A stretch of 64,000 nucleotides of DNA from an uncultured Planctomycetaceae bacterium (GTDB taxonomy: Bacteria > Planctomycetota > Planctomycetia > Isosphaerales > Isosphaeraceae), in the NCBI GenBank assembly GCA_963833985.1, contig CAWIAD010000002.1:1088001-1152000 (forward strand). The letters are read 5' to 3'. A program made the translations under genes and the position numbers. A model generated the notes under the pieces. It did not search any database and had not been told where the DNA came from. It saw only the letters and a program-made list of their open reading frames with translations. Positions within the stretch are counted from its first letter, which is position 1. Every line of letters begins with the position of its first letter. This document shows, in pieces, positions 43,841 through 56,231 of the stretch.

Positions 43841-46558
43841 TCACTTCGCCGGGGTCTTCAGTGCCTCGATCTTCTTGCGGAGATCCTTGACGAGGCTTTC
43901 CAGGCTTTCGGCTTGCTTCTCCAGGTCGGTCAACGGCTTGGAGGCGGTGTCGCCTCCGCTTGCCGTCGGCCTGGCGGGTTCACCCTTGAGCTGCTTGACC
44001 GCGTTTTCCAGGATCTGATGGGCCGAAAGGCCGAAGCCCCCGAAGCCCAGCGACCCGCTTTCCTTGCTCAGGCGCGCTTCGAGCGCGGGCAGGGCCTTCT
44101 TGAGCTTCAAGCTTTCGGCCAGTCTCCAGGCTCGGAAGCGGACCGTGCGGTCGGGATCGTCAATCATCGGGATGATCAGGTCCTGGAGCGCGGGGTCATC
44201 CTTGGCCAGACGGTCCAGCGCGCTCATCGCCGCCGAGCGGAGCGCGGGGGGCTGCCCGTAGACGGCGTACAGAGCGGTGAGCTCCCGGCTCTTCGGGCCA
44301 GGCTGCTCAAGTTGCAGCTCGAGGGCCGCGGCTGCCAGCCGGTGCTTGCCGGTGGGCACCTTCAGTGCCGTGCTGAGCAGCTCGTCGGCATCCTTGACCT
44401 TCCAGTTCACCAGCGTCCGCAGCGCGGTCGACCGGGCGGTGTAGGCTTCCTTGGGGTTGTTCCAGGCGCCTCGCAGGATGGCCTCGGAAGCCTCGTCGCG
44501 CTTCAGGCCCGCGAGTCCGCGAATGGCAGCGACGCGCACCCGCGCCTGCGTATCCTTGGCAGCCTCTTGAAGGGCATGGCGAAATGCCTCATCACCATTC
44601 GGCGGAGTCTCGGTCCGGGAGCCGAAGAGCGTTCTCCGCCGCCGTCCGCCCGTCTCGGGCACGCCGCTGATCAGGGTGACCATCTCGGTGCGTCCGCTGA
44701 GGCTCTTCTCCTTCTTCCACGCCTCGGCCAGCGCGTGCTTGACCTCGGGAGAGGACTCCGCCTGCTTCAGCAACGCCCTGGCCGCGGTCACGCGGCAGAT
44801 CACGCAGGAGGCGTGCTCGAGCTGGAAGAGGTTCTCCTCGGCCGTCTTCTCGAAGTCCAGCTCCTTGATGAGCGTGCAGTTCTGGTCGATCTGCACCATC
44901 TTCGGCTTGGTCCCGCAGGGGATCACGAACTCGTGGCTGGCGCCGTCGATGACGATGGGAACAGACCGGCTCTTGCCCACCGCCTCGGTGATTTCCAGGC
45001 TCGTGGGGAGGCGGAAGAGCGGCGTTTGCTCGTCGGTCTTCTGGGTCTGCTCGATCTTCACGCGGACGGTCCTGTCTTCCGGCTCATAGTGCCACCGCAC
45101 CTTCAGCTCGGGATGCCCCGCCTTGTACAGCCACTGGTCGAAGAACCACTTGAGCTCCTTGCCGGTGGCCTCCTCCATGGCCTTGCGGAAGTCGTCGGTC
45201 TCCACGACCTGGAACTTGTGCTTCGCCACGTAGTGGCTGATGCCCTTCCACCATTTCTCGTCGCCCAGCAGCCCACGCAGCATATGCAGGACACAGCCGC
45301 CCTTTGAGTACGTCATGCCGTCGAACATATCCATGGGCGAGTTGTACTTCGTTTCGACGATGGGCCGGCGGTACATCCGGTCGTTGCCCAGGTAGCTCTT
45401 GAGCTCGCCGTCCATGCGGAATCGGAACTCGTCCGGCCCTCGGTCGTGCTCGATGAAGAGCGGGTCGAAATAGGAGGCGAAGCCTTCATTGAGCCAGATG
45501 TGCGACCAGTCCTTGCAGGTCATCAGGTCGCCGAACCACTGGTGGGCCAGCTCATGGGCCACCAGGTCGTCCTGGTCGCGCTCCAGGCCCTCGATCTCAT
45601 CGAGCAGCGCGCCGTCGGTCATGGATGTTGCCGAGGTGTTCTCCATTCCCCCGCCAAACTCCGGCAAACAGATCTGAGCATACTTGCACCAGGGGTACGG
45701 CTGGCCGGTCTTCTCGCTGAAGAAGCGAATCATCGCGGGGGTCTTGCCCATGAACCTCCGGGCCGTCGCCTCATCAACGTGCTTCTGCACGTAATAATCC
45801 ACGGGCAGGCTGCCAACCTTGTCATGGAACTCGGCGAATTCCGACGCCGTGACCGTGATCAGGTAAGTCGACAGCGGCTGATCCATCTTCCAGTGAAACG
45901 TGCGGCTGCCGTCGGCGTTCTCCCGGGTGGAGATGAGCGCACCATTGGAGACCACGCTCAGCGGCCTGGCGATCGTGATGATCATCTCGGTGGTGACGCG
46001 GTCGTTGGGATAGTCGTAGCAGGGGAGCCAGTGGTGGTTGTCCTCGGCCTCGCCCTGGGTCCAGACGGCCGGCGGCTTCTCCGGACTGGCCGGATCGGTG
46101 GGAACGAAGCGCATCCCCGAATCCGGACTGCCGCTGTACGTGATGGACAGGTCAATCGTCTCGTCGGTACCGTACGGCTTGTCAAACGTGATCGCCAGCT
46201 TGTCCTTGCTGGTGCTGAACTTGCAGTCCGCCTTCTGCGGGCCCACCGTCACCTTGCTGACCTTCAGCTTGGGGCCGCAATCCAGCTCGATTCCACTGGT
46301 GTAGGGATGAAGAGGCGTGAGCGTGTGCGTGACCGTGCCGTGAATTTCCTGCTTCTTGGTGTCGAGCATCAGCTCGGCCTTGATATGCTTGATGTCCGCC
46401 TGGCGGATCCGTTCCGTCTTCCGGGTCGTCTCCACGCTGGCGAACGGACGCCGATTGGGCCGGCCCGGCTGGCCGGCGCCTGGAGCTTGCGCGCTTGCGG
46501 TCATTGCGGCCAGGCTCAGGACCAGGCCGGCGACAGGGAGTACAATGCGTCTGAGCAT
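43841..46558 (-). CDS. M1 family aminopeptidase with C-terminal HEAT repeats, secreted
   Basis: GGMEN, HELAHQWFGD...WLNEGFA, YSKG; signal peptide. Confidence 0.93.
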   Translation of the reverse strand: MLRRIVLPVAGLVLSLAAMTASAQAPGAGQPGRPNRRPFASVETTRKTERIRQADIKHIKAELMLDTKKQEIHGTVTHTLTPLHPYTSGIELDCGPKLKVSKVTVGPQKADCKFSTSKDKLAITFDKPYGTDETIDLSITYSGSPDSGMRFVPTDPASPEKPPAVWTQGEAEDNHHWLPCYDYPNDRVTTEMIITIARPLSVVSNGALISTRENADGSRTFHWKMDQPLSTYLITVTASEFAEFHDKVGSLPVDYYVQKHVDEATARRFMGKTPAMIRFFSEKTGQPYPWCKYAQICLPEFGGGMENTSATSMTDGALLDEIEGLERDQDDLVAHELAHQWFGDLMTCKDWSHIWLNEGFASYFDPLFIEHDRGPDEFRFRMDGELKSYLGNDRMYRRPIVETKYNSPMDMFDGMTYSKGGCVLHMLRGLLGDEKWWKGISHYVAKHKFQVVETDDFRKAMEEATGKELKWFFDQWLYKAGHPELKVRWHYEPEDRTVRVKIEQTQKTDEQTPLFRLPTSLEITEAVGKSRSVPIVIDGASHEFVIPCGTKPKMVQIDQNCTLIKELDFEKTAEENLFQLEHASCVICRVTAARALLKQAESSPEVKHALAEAWKKEKSLSGRTEMVTLISGVPETGGRRRRTLFGSRTETPPNGDEAFRHALQEAAKDTQARVRVAAIRGLAGLKRDEASEAILRGAWNNPKEAYTARSTALRTLVNWKVKDADELLSTALKVPTGKHRLAAAALELQLEQPGPKSRELTALYAVYGQPPALRSAAMSALDRLAKDDPALQDLIIPMIDDPDRTVRFRAWRLAESLKLKKALPALEARLSKESGSLGFGGFGLSAHQILENAVKQLKGEPARPTASGGDTASKPLTDLEKQAESLESLVKDLRKKIEALKTPAK

Positions 46559-46820
46559 GATGGATTCCAGGGGCAATTCCGGATCGGCGGCCAATCCCGG
46601 TTGATCCGGCAGGGCGTTGTCTTGAACCAGGTGATGAACAGAGCCTACCCGGCAAGCGGTGCTCGAAGCCGTTGAAGGCGTGCGACTACTGTTCTACTCT
46701 CGGAGGAGAGAGCCGGTCAATCGGGCGCTCTCGGGGTTTCGTGAGGATCATGCCGGTGATAGAGCCTGGGCGGCCAGAGCCGGGTAAAGGCAAGAGCGGC
46801 ATTGCCGCCGGGTATGTTCC

Positions 46821-48858
46821 ATGAACCGGTTCGGTTTCGTCCGCGTGACGTCTGCGTCGATCCGGATCTCGGTGGCCAACCCCGAGGCCAACGCCGCCGA
46901 GATCCTCCGCGTGCTCGACCAGGTGCGCGACAGCGACATCGTGCTCTTTCCGGAGCTCTGCATCACGGGCTACACATGCGCCGACCTGTTCGGCCAGTCG
47001 GTCCTGCTGCAAGCCGGCTCCTGCGCGGTCAGGCACATCGCCCGGGCCACGGCCGGGCAACGCCAGCTCGTTGTCGTCGGCTTGCCGGTACCGGTGGGAA
47101 ACAGTCTCTACAACGGGGCGGTGGTGCTGGCAAACGGTAATGTCCTGGGCGTGGTTCCCAAGCAGCTTCATCCCCAACTACAAGGAATTCTACGAGAGCC
47201 GCTGGTTCCGGCCCGCCGACGGGTCCGAGCCTGCGGAGATCGAATTTGCCGACGGCCGCGTCCCCTTCGGCATCGACCTGCTCTTCGTGAGCGAGAGCCT
47301 GGTGACGGCTCCTGTCGTGGTGGGGATCGAGATCTGCGAGGACCTCTGGGTGCCGCTCCCTCCCAGCTCGACGCAGGCGGGTGCGGGGGCGACCATCTTG
47401 CTGAACCTCTCGGCCAGCAACGAGACGATCGGCAAGAGCCAGTACCGGACGGACCTGGTGGTCGGACAGTCCGGCCGGTGCATCGCCGCGTATGCGTACG
47501 CGGGCGCGGGACCTTCCGAATCGACGACCGACCTCGTCTTCAGCGGCCACTGTCTGATCGCCGAGAACGGCCGGCTCATTGCCGAGTCTCCCCGCGTGGG
47601 CGACGGCCAGGCGATCCGCCGCGACAGCTACTGGATCACCCAGGACATCGACGCCGCCAGGCTTCAGTCGGACCGGCGGATCTCGACGAGCTTCGAGCAG
47701 GGACCGCGCTTCTCGCAGCCGTTCCGCCGCATTCCCTTCGAGCTGGCCGCGGACATGCCCGGCCTGAAGCGGTTCGTACCCGGGACGCCGTTCGTGCCCG
47801 CGCAGGGTCCCGAGCTGCATCGCCGCTGTGCCGAGATCTTCGGCATCCAGTGCGCGGGGCTGGCCAAGCGGATCGAGCAGCTTCCCTCGGGCACGCCCCT
47901 GAACATCGGCATTTCGGGCGGGCTCGACTCCACGCTGGCACTCCTGGTGGCCGTCAAGACGTGCGATCTGCTGGGAATCGATCGCAGTCTGGTTCACGGC
48001 CTGACCATGCCCGGCTTCGGCACGACGGCCCGGACCCGGAAGAACGCCCTGGCCCTGATGCAACACCTCGGCGTCTCCTCCCACACTATCGACATCCAGC
48101 CGCTCGCGCTGCTGGCCTTTCAAGAGATTGGTCATGCCCCCTTCGGTCTGAACTGCCATGAGATGGACCTGCGTTCGTTCCAGGCCGCACTGGCGCAGGT
48201 GCCTTGCGAGGCGCGCAAGGACCTGACGTTCGAGAACGTGCAGGCCCGGCTGCGCACCTTCTTGCTCATGTCGCGCGGGTTCGTCGTGGGCACCGGCGAT
48301 CTCTCCGAGCTGGCGCTGGGCTGGTCCACGTATAATGCAGACCACATGAGCATGTATAACCCCAATTGCTCGATTCCCAAGACCCTGGTGAAGTTCCTGG
48401 TGCGTTACGTCGCCACGAGCGAGTTCCCCGATGGCCCGGTGCGCGAGACGTTGCTCTCGATTGCGGCGACGACCATCTCTCCCGAGCTCTTGCCGTACTC
48501 CGCCGCCGGCGAGATCGAGCAGTCCACCGAGGCGACGCTGGGACCGTACGAGATCCACGATTTCATTCTCTTTCACGCGATCCGCTACGGTGACTCGCCC
48601 GAGAAGATCCTCTTCCTCAGCGAGTTCGCCACCTTCACCCAGCCGTACCCGCGGGAGCTCATCGAGCGCACCATGCGCACCTTCTTCACGCGCTTCTTCA
48701 GCCAGCAGTACAAGCGGTCCTGCGTTCCGGACGGGCCCAAGGTGGGCACCGTCAGCCTCTCGCCGCGCGGCGACTGGAGGATGCCCAGCGACGCCGATGC
48801 CGCCGAGTGGCTGCGCTGGGCGGCCGCATCGAATAAGCCCGGCGACGGGCTCGTCTAG
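46821..48858 (+). CDS. nadE: glutamine-dependent NAD+ synthetase; frameshift near 47165
   Basis: FPEL, PK/FIPNYKEFYE, EICEDLW, SGGLDST, ENVQARLRT, QQYKRS. Confidence 0.95.
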
Positions 48859-48878
48859 ACGAGCAAGACCTCGGAACG

Positions 48879-51170
48879 ATGCCAGCGCCCGCGCTGGGTA
48901 CCGTTACGGCCTCTCTCCCAGGAGCGAAAACCGATGAACGCCTCTCTCTGGCTGGCGGCTGCTTTCCTGTGGCGCAGCTCGGCGGCTCCGCCGATCCGAC
49001 CTCCATCCCCCGCACCCCGGTCGACAACGTGTCGCGCCTCCATCCCGCGGTCAGCAAGATCGTCGCGGTGACCTTGTACCAGGGCCAGGCTCTGGTCACC
49101 CGCGAGGTGAGCGTTCCCGATGGCGTGGGGAACGTCGAGCTCGTCGTGGCCCCGCTGCCGTCGCAAACCGTGCAGAGCTCTCTCTACACCGAGGGAGCCG
49201 ACGGTCTGCGCATTCTCAGCACGCGCTTCCGCACACGCACGCTCAAGGACGACAGGCGCCTGGAAGTTCGGGAAAAGGAGGCCCTGCTCAAGCAGCTCTC
49301 GGACGATGCCCAGAAGCTTCAGAAGGAGATCGAGGTCCACGCGCAGGACCTGCAATACCTCCAGAAGCTCGAGGGCTTCACCGGCTCGGCGCTCTCCAAT
49401 CTGACTAGGGAGGGAAGACTTGACAACGAGGCGATCCTCTCGCTGAGCAAGTTCATCATGCAGAGCCGCGCCACGAAGTCGGCGTCCGAGACCGACCTCC
49501 GCCAGCGTTTGCAGTCGAATACGAAAGCGGCCGAGCTTGCCAGGAAGCAGCTCGCCGAACTCTCGGACGGCTCCGGACGGACCGAGCGGGACGCGGTGAT
49601 CATCGTCAACAAGACGCGGCCGGCGGCAGGCGCCGTCCGGCTTGGCTACCTGGTGAGCTCCGCCACGTGGTCCCCACAATACCGGTTGCGTGCTACAGCC
49701 GACAACGCGCCCGTCCGGCTCGAGTATCTCGCCGCGGTGGTCCAGCAGACCGGTGAAGATTGGCCGGGCGTGAACGTCACGCTCTCCACAGCACGGCCTT
49801 CGCAGGACGCGGCACCGCCGGAGTTCCTCCCCCTGTCCATGGCCATCGCCAGCGCCGCAGAGTCCGGCCCGGTCGAAGCGAAGGATGACCGCTCGCAGAA
49901 GATCACGGCCGAGCTGGGCAAGCTCATGGACATGCCATTCGCACGCGAGACTCCGCTCGAGGACGTTATCAAGTACGTCCGCGGCAACACCAGGAGTACC
50001 GCCTTTCCCGATGGCGTCCCGATCTACGTCGATCCCGTCGGACTTCAAGAAGCCGAGCGGACGATGGCCTCTCCAGTCACCTTCGACCTCAAGGAGGTCC
50101 CTCTGAGAACGTCGCTGGAGCTCCTCCTGAGACAGCTCGGTCTGGGCTACCAGGTGAAGGACGGCCTGCTCAGGATCACCTCGCAGGAATCCCTCGACGA
50201 GTCGGAGCGCGATGCCGAAGTCCGCAAACGCTGGCTCGCGGGCGAACCGCCGGGCGTCGGCAACATGGGCGGCATGGGTGGCGGCATGAGGGGCATGGGC
50301 GGAAGCATGGGCGGCATGGGGATGTCCCTCGAGCAAACTCAGGCGGTCGGAGTGGCGCTGCTCAACCGGGCAGCCGCCACCGATCAGGCCAGAGAGCTAC
50401 ACATTGCCGATGGCCAGGTCCCGGGAACGGCAGCGGCCGAGAAGGATGGGCCAAGCGTCGCGTTCTCGATCACGGGCCAGATCGACATTCCCTCCCGCCA
50501 GGACCCTCAACTGCTGGAAGTGGCCCGCCTCAACCTCCCGTCCGAGTACTACGCGAAGGCCACTCCCGTCCTGACTCCGCGGGTGTACCGCCTGGCCAGG
50601 CTCACCAACCGGAGCGACCTCGTGCTGCTCCCGGGCGAGGCCACCGTCTACGTGGGCCTGGATTTTGTCGGCCGGATGAAGCTTCCCCTGGTGGCCGCCG
50701 GCGAGCCCTTCATCGCCGGTTTCGGTGTGGATCCCCAGCTTCAGGTCAGCCGGCGGCTGGTTCGCAAGACACGCTCGGTGCAAGGCGGCAACCAGGTCTT
50801 CGACTATGAGTTCCGCATCGGCCTGCGCAACTACCGCAGCACTCCGGTCAAGATCGAGCTCTGGGATCGATTGCCCCGACCGCAGGGCGAGGCGGTGGCC
50901 GTGAACCTGGTGAAGACCTCGACGGAGCTGAGCACCGATCCGCTTTACCTGCGCACCGCCCGGATGGATAACCTGTTGCGCTGGGATATGAACATTCCCC
51001 CGAACACCATTGGTGACAAGACCATTTACGTGAACTACGCGTTTCGCCTGGAATACGCCCGCGACCTGCCCCAGCCTCGTTTCACCTCCGGCGGCCTGGG
51101 AGAAGCCCCCATCGGCGGCGGCGCGATCGGCGTTGGCGGGATGATGGGCGGCATGGGCGGCATGCAATAA
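48879..51170 (+). CDS. DUF4140/DUF4139 (MuiA-like) protein with an internal STN-like insertion
   Basis: VTLYQGQALVTRE, QQTGEDW..V.VTLSTARP, LLPGEA.VYV...FVG, FGVDPQLQV; true start uncertain. Confidence 0.8.
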   Translation: MPAPALGTVTASLPGAKTDERLSLAGGCFPVAQLGGSADPTSIPRTPVDNVSRLHPAVSKIVAVTLYQGQALVTREVSVPDGVGNVELVVAPLPSQTVQSSLYTEGADGLRILSTRFRTRTLKDDRRLEVREKEALLKQLSDDAQKLQKEIEVHAQDLQYLQKLEGFTGSALSNLTREGRLDNEAILSLSKFIMQSRATKSASETDLRQRLQSNTKAAELARKQLAELSDGSGRTERDAVIIVNKTRPAAGAVRLGYLVSSATWSPQYRLRATADNAPVRLEYLAAVVQQTGEDWPGVNVTLSTARPSQDAAPPEFLPLSMAIASAAESGPVEAKDDRSQKITAELGKLMDMPFARETPLEDVIKYVRGNTRSTAFPDGVPIYVDPVGLQEAERTMASPVTFDLKEVPLRTSLELLLRQLGLGYQVKDGLLRITSQESLDESERDAEVRKRWLAGEPPGVGNMGGMGGGMRGMGGSMGGMGMSLEQTQAVGVALLNRAAATDQARELHIADGQVPGTAAAEKDGPSVAFSITGQIDIPSRQDPQLLEVARLNLPSEYYAKATPVLTPRVYRLARLTNRSDLVLLPGEATVYVGLDFVGRMKLPLVAAGEPFIAGFGVDPQLQVSRRLVRKTRSVQGGNQVFDYEFRIGLRNYRSTPVKIELWDRLPRPQGEAVAVNLVKTSTELSTDPLYLRTARMDNLLRWDMNIPPNTIGDKTIYVNYAFRLEYARDLPQPRFTSGGLGEAPIGGGAIGVGGMMGGMGGMQ

Positions 51171-51180
51171 TCCGGCACCA

Positions 51181-51283
51181 GGTAGGGCATGCTCTTGCAT
51201 GCCGATTATGGCCTCGTAACGCCGGTAGGGCATGCTCCTGCATGCCATTTCCGGCCCTGGCCCGCATAGATAGTATGCCCTAC
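51181..51283. repeat. GTAG-type REP cluster (two direct copies plus one degenerate inverted copy)
   Basis: gtagggcatgctcYtgcatgcc at 51182 and 51225; gcatagatagtatgccctac at 51264-51283; lies between convergent genes. Confidence 0.8.
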
Positions 51284-51327
51284 GAACATGCCGGATTCCG
51301 CGCGAATCTCCTTTGCCGCGGTGCGGC

Positions 51328-52830
51328 TCACGCCAGCAATTCCTTGCGTACGTGGCCGTCGCCCTCGACCCCGATGAGGCGCTGCTGCAACCCCTGGTAG
51401 GGGAAGCGGAAGGTCTCGGCGTCCAGGCCCACTAGGTGCAGGATCGTGGCCTGGAGGTCGTGCACCGTCACGGGACTGTCGGTGATCTGGTAGCCCAGGT
51501 CGTCGGTTGCGCCGACGGAGATGCCCGGCTTGAAGCCGCCGCCGGCCACCCAGAGCGTGAAGCAGTGGGGGTGGTGGTCGCGGCCCAGGAAGGCGGAACC
51601 GCCCCGCGCCTCGTTCATCGAGGTCCGGCCGAACTCGCCGCCCCAGACCACGATCGTCTCGTCCAGCAGCCCGCGCCGCTTCAGGTCCGCAAGCAGCGCG
51701 GCGACGGGCCGGTCGATCTCCTTGCACTTCTTCGGCAGGTGAATGACGATGTCGTCCCCGGCGCCCGTGCCATGACAGTCCCAGCCCCAGTCGAAGAGCT
51801 GGACGTACCGCACTCCCCGCTCCACCAGCCGCCTGGCCAGCAGGCAGTTGTTGGCGAACGATGCGGCCCCTGGCTGGGCGCCGTATTCCTCGATGATCTT
51901 CGCCGGCTCCTGGCGGATGTCCATCACGTCCGGGACCGACATCTGCATCCGGTAGGCCAGCTCGTACTGGCTGATGCGCGTCAGGGTCTCCGGGTCGCCG
52001 AACTCCTTCAGCTCGTACTCGTTGAGCTGCCGGAGCGCGTCCAGCGTGCGCCGTCGGTCCGCCCGGTCCATGCCCTTCGGGTCGCTTACATAAAGGATCG
52101 GGTCGCCGACCGTCCGGCACTGCACGCCCTGGTACACGCTGGGCAGGAACCCCGTGCTCCAGAGCGCCTTGCCGCCGGTGGGGTCGGTGCCTCCGCTGAT
52201 CAGCACGACGAAGCCGGGCAGGTCCTGGTTCTCCGAACCCAGCCCATACGTGATCCACGAACCCATCGCCGCGCCGCCGTTGCGCGGGGTGCCGGTGAAG
52301 ATGAACAGCTCGGCCGGGGCGTGATTGAACTGGTCGGTGTGCATCGAGCGGATGACGGCGATGTCGTCGGCGACCGTGCCGAGGTGGGGCAGCAGGTCGC
52401 TGATCATCTGGCCGCTCTCTCCGCGCTTCTGGAACCGGTAGGGCGTGCCCAGCAGCTTGGGATGTCCCTTGATGAACGCGAACCGCTGGTTCTTGAGCAG
52501 CTCGTCGGGGCAGGGCTGCATGTGGTGCTTGACGAGCGTTGGCTTGAAGTCGAAGAGGTCCTGCTGGGGCGGCCCGCCCGACATGTGCAGGTAGATGACG
52601 CGCTTCGCCTTCGCCGGGAACATGGGCGGCCGCGGCGCCATGGCGTTGTCGGCCGCGGCCGAGAGCCTCCCGGCCGGCTTTGGCACGCCATCCGCGGCCC
52701 GCCCCGCGCCGCCCAGCAGCATGTTCAGGGCGATCGCCCCCAGGCCGGTCTGCGAGTGCTTCAGGAACTGCCGGCGCGTCACGGCGCGGGCGTGCTGCAA
52801 GCTCAGGTCGAGTTCCGGTTCCAGGCTCAT
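51328..52830 (-). CDS. DUF1501 family protein
   Basis: [45 protein letters not shown]. Confidence 0.92.
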   Translation of the reverse strand: MSLEPELDLSLQHARAVTRRQFLKHSQTGLGAIALNMLLGGAGRAADGVPKPAGRLSAAADNAMAPRPPMFPAKAKRVIYLHMSGGPPQQDLFDFKPTLVKHHMQPCPDELLKNQRFAFIKGHPKLLGTPYRFQKRGESGQMISDLLPHLGTVADDIAVIRSMHTDQFNHAPAELFIFTGTPRNGGAAMGSWITYGLGSENQDLPGFVVLISGGTDPTGGKALWSTGFLPSVYQGVQCRTVGDPILYVSDPKGMDRADRRRTLDALRQLNEYELKEFGDPETLTRISQYELAYRMQMSVPDVMDIRQEPAKIIEEYGAQPGAASFANNCLLARRLVERGVRYVQLFDWGWDCHGTGAGDDIVIHLPKKCKEIDRPVAALLADLKRRGLLDETIVVWGGEFGRTSMNEARGGSAFLGRDHHPHCFTLWVAGGGFKPGISVGATDDLGYQITDSPVTVHDLQATILHLVGLDAETFRFPYQGLQQRLIGVEGDGHVRKELLA

Positions 52831-52834
52831 GAGA

Positions 52835-55465
52835 TCAGCCCCTGGTCAGGACGGCGTCAAGGTTCAGCAGCACGTTGGCCACCGCGGTCCACGCGGCCAG
52901 GTCGGCAGGGTCCATCCCCTCCGGCAGCGGGCCCAGCGGCTCGGTCGCCAGCGCCCGGGCGGCCAGAATGTCCTTCGCGTAACGGCCGTGCTCGGCCTGA
53001 TGGAGCGCGACGAGCCTCTCAACCTGCTCGGACCGGGGCGGCCGGCAGAGGCAAAGCTGAAGGGCGTAGCGCATGCGGTCCTCCAGGCATGATCCTCCCT
53101 CCCGCACCACGCGCCGGGCCAGTGCCTGCGCGGCCTCGAGATAGACCGGGTCGTTGAGCGTGACGAACGCCTGGAGCGGCGTGTTGGTCCGCACCCTCTT
53201 GATGGCGCAGATCTCGCGGCTGGGAGCGTCGAACGTGGCCATCGAAGGGTAAGGCACCGTGCGCCGCCAGAACGTGTAGATCGCCCGGCGATACCGGTCG
53301 TCGCCGCGGCTGGTGGCCCAGGTGCGCTGGCCGTTGAACGCGGCCTGCCAGAGGCCGTCGGGCTGCGGTGGGAAGACGCTCGGCCCGCCAATCCTGGTGC
53401 TCAAGAGGCCGCTCAGCGCCAGCGCCTGGTCGCGCACGATCTCCGCCTCCAGGCGCAGGCGCGGGGCGTGCGCCAGCAACCGGTTGCGCGGGTCGCGCGC
53501 GAGCAGCTCTGGCGTCACGCGAGACGACTGACGGTAGGTCGCCGATGTCACCATCCGCTTCAACAGCGCCTTGGTGTCCCAGCCCGAATCCATGTAGGTC
53601 ACGGCCAGCCAGTCGAGCAGCTCCGGATGGCTGGGCAGCTCGCCCTGGGTGCCGAAGTCTTCCTCGGTGGCGACGATCCCCGTGCCGAAAAGCTGGGCCC
53701 AGGCGCGGTTCACCGCCACGCGGGCCGTGAGCGGGTTGCGGCGATCGACGAGCCACCGCGCCAGCGCCATCCGGTTCACCGGGGCGCTGGAGGGCAGGGG
53801 ATGGAGCGCCTGCGGCACGCCGGGCTGCACCGGATCGCCCGGGTCGAGAAAGTTCCCCTTGCGCAGCAGCTTCGTGACCCGCTGCTTGCCCCTGGGCAGC
53901 TCGACCATGACCGGCACGGTGGGCAGCTCCGGCTTGCTCTTCTCCAGCCGGGCGATCTCCTCGCGAAGCGGTTTCAGCTCCGGCGCGATCGACCGGAAGT
54001 AAGCCGCCAGTTGCTCCGTTTCAGCCTGGCTGCGCTGCTTGACCGGGGTCGCGACGATCTTGAGGACCTCCTGGGGAACGTGCTTCCGCGCCTCGGCGTG
54101 CACCGGTTCGGCGGCAACGCTCGCCTCCCATTTCGCCTCCGCGGTCTGCAACCCGGAAGCCCGGCCCTCCTTCTCAAGCCGCCTCTTCAGATCCTCCAGC
54201 TTGCGGTTAATGGCCTCGGTCTGGGCCTTGATCTCGGCCGTGGGGGCGGTGATCACCGGCGCTTCGTCGGGCTGATCGGTGTCGGCCGTCTGGTTGAAGA
54301 TGGCGAAGAACTTGTAGTATTCCTCATTCGTGAGTGGGTCGTACTTGTGGCTGTGGCACTTGGCGCAGCCCATCGTCAGCCCCATCCAGACCTGCATCGT
54401 GGTATCGACCCGGTCCTTGATCGCCGCCACGCGGAATTCCTCGTCGTCGGTTCCCCCCTCGGTATTGGTCATCGTGTTGCGATGGAACGCCGTGGCAATC
54501 TTCTGGTCCACCGTGGGGTCCGGCAGCAGGTCGCCGGCGATCTGCTCGACGGTGAACCGGTCGTAGGGCATGTTCCGGTTCAGTGCGGCGATCACCCAGT
54601 CGCGGTAGCGCCAGATGGTGCGGAGCGGATCCGAGCCGTAGCCGGCCGAGTCCGCATAGCGCGCCAGGTCCAGCCACAACCGCGCCCAGCGCTCGCCGTA
54701 GGCCGGGTCGTCCAGGAACCGGTCGACGGCGTGCTCGTAAGCATCGGGGCTCGTGTCGGCCACGAACCGCTCGACCTCGCGGGGCGATGGCGGCAGCCCG
54801 CGCAGGTCCAGGCTCACCCGCCGCAGCAGCGTGTACGGGTCGGCCTCGGCAGCGGGTCGCAGTCCCTCCTGCTCCAGGCGGGCGAGGACCCAGGCATCGA
54901 TCCCGTTCCGCGGCCAGGCGGCCTCCTGCACCCGTGGCAGGGGCCGGGCCGCGGGAGCCACAAGCGCCCAGTGCGGCTCGTACTTCGCGCCCTCCGCGAT
55001 CCACTGCGTCAGGATGGCGGCCTCGGCGGGCGAGAGCCGCTTGCCGGCCTTGCGGGGCGGCATGCGGAGCGTGTCGTCCTCCTCGCTCACCCGGGCGATG
55101 AGCATGCTGGCATCCGGGTCGCCCGGAACGATCGCCGGATCGCCGCTCCTGAGCGGCTTGACGGCCGCCTCGCGGAGGTCGAGCCGCAGCCCCCGCGCGC
55201 GCTTCGCCTCGTCCGAGCCGTGGCAGGGGAAGCAGCTCTTCGACAGGATCGGCCGCACGTCCCGGTTGAAGTCCACGCCCTTGCCCGCAGCCGCCGCCGA
55301 CGGTGCAGGAGCCAGGCCAGGAACCGTACCCGGCGCCGGCTCACCCGCCGCAACAGCCGGCCGGCACGCGGCGACGAGCCACCCAGCCGCCAGGGCCCCC
55401 GCAAGCGCGAGGCCGCGGCTCTTCCTCACGCGATCGATCGTCTGACTCATGGATCCGGCTCCCAT
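52835..55465 (-). CDS. planctomycete cytochrome c / DUF1549 / DUF1553 protein
   Basis: [43 protein letters not shown]; start 55465 or 55450. Confidence 0.92.
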   Translation of the reverse strand: MGAGSMSQTIDRVRKSRGLALAGALAAGWLVAACRPAVAAGEPAPGTVPGLAPAPSAAAAGKGVDFNRDVRPILSKSCFPCHGSDEAKRARGLRLDLREAAVKPLRSGDPAIVPGDPDASMLIARVSEEDDTLRMPPRKAGKRLSPAEAAILTQWIAEGAKYEPHWALVAPAARPLPRVQEAAWPRNGIDAWVLARLEQEGLRPAAEADPYTLLRRVSLDLRGLPPSPREVERFVADTSPDAYEHAVDRFLDDPAYGERWARLWLDLARYADSAGYGSDPLRTIWRYRDWVIAALNRNMPYDRFTVEQIAGDLLPDPTVDQKIATAFHRNTMTNTEGGTDDEEFRVAAIKDRVDTTMQVWMGLTMGCAKCHSHKYDPLTNEEYYKFFAIFNQTADTDQPDEAPVITAPTAEIKAQTEAINRKLEDLKRRLEKEGRASGLQTAEAKWEASVAAEPVHAEARKHVPQEVLKIVATPVKQRSQAETEQLAAYFRSIAPELKPLREEIARLEKSKPELPTVPVMVELPRGKQRVTKLLRKGNFLDPGDPVQPGVPQALHPLPSSAPVNRMALARWLVDRRNPLTARVAVNRAWAQLFGTGIVATEEDFGTQGELPSHPELLDWLAVTYMDSGWDTKALLKRMVTSATYRQSSRVTPELLARDPRNRLLAHAPRLRLEAEIVRDQALALSGLLSTRIGGPSVFPPQPDGLWQAAFNGQRTWATSRGDDRYRRAIYTFWRRTVPYPSMATFDAPSREICAIKRVRTNTPLQAFVTLNDPVYLEAAQALARRVVREGGSCLEDRMRYALQLCLCRPPRSEQVERLVALHQAEHGRYAKDILAARALATEPLGPLPEGMDPADLAAWTAVANVLLNLDAVLTRG

Positions 55466-55776
55466 CCCCTCGGTCGCGGACGAGCCTCGGCTGGCAAGCG
55501 CGTCTGGCTGGTGGTCGGCAGGCGGGTGGTCCGACCCCTGACAGGACGGACTCTATAGAATCGATTCTCACCCGTCGGCCCCATCCGGCTCAAGGGTGGA
55601 CTCCTGTCCCGGTCTCCGAGGACTCACCGCCGCGGGGCGCTCATAGTGTACTTTTGAATCGTATGCGGCCCGGCTCGAAGTGGGTTTCAAGACACCGGGC
55701 CAGGATGAATGTGGAAGCGCTCCCGGCACCGCGAAAGGAAAGGAATCATGCACCGCACTCGTCTCAGGCCATCCCC

Positions 55777-55875
55777 GCGAGAATTGGGTTCCTTCTGGCC
55801 CTCGAAAAAGCCAATTTCATGACGTAAGTCCATTCCCCAAAGCAACTAACAACTTCCGAAATTGGCTTCGTTCCG
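55777..55875. repeat. dispersed structured repeat, copy A
   Basis: aattgggttc...aagccaatttcatgacgtaagtcc-N~28-aaattggcttcg; homologous to 56232-56330. Confidence 0.7.
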
Positions 55876-55937
55876 CGTCGTCGCGGAATGCCAGTTGCGA
55901 GCCACCCTCACGTCGTGCTCGCACATGGTTGTAACTC

Positions 55938-56057
55938 GTAGGGTGGTTCATCGCAGCGCAACCCACCATCTGTGAACCACCTACGTGCAGCACCTCGCAC
56001 CCGCCCCGCGACGAGCACGACGATTTCGTAGGGTGGTTCATCGCAGCGCAACCCACC
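55938..56057 (+). repeat. two identical 30-bp GTAG-type REPs
   Basis: gtagggtggttcatcgcagcgcaacccacc at 55938 and 56028; partial inverted copy at 55973-55984. Confidence 0.85.
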
Positions 56058-56231
56058 GTATATCAACCGCTTGCGTGCGTCGACCTGCACGCCCCCCGCG
56101 GCGTCCGGTTCAAACTCTTCGTTCCCGGCCCGCTTGATCGTGCTCCACCTCCTCGCGACCGCCCGACCCGCCGGCGTTCTCTCCCGAACTCCACCGGATC
56201 GTGCAATACGACCCTGCCCGGCACCTCCCGT

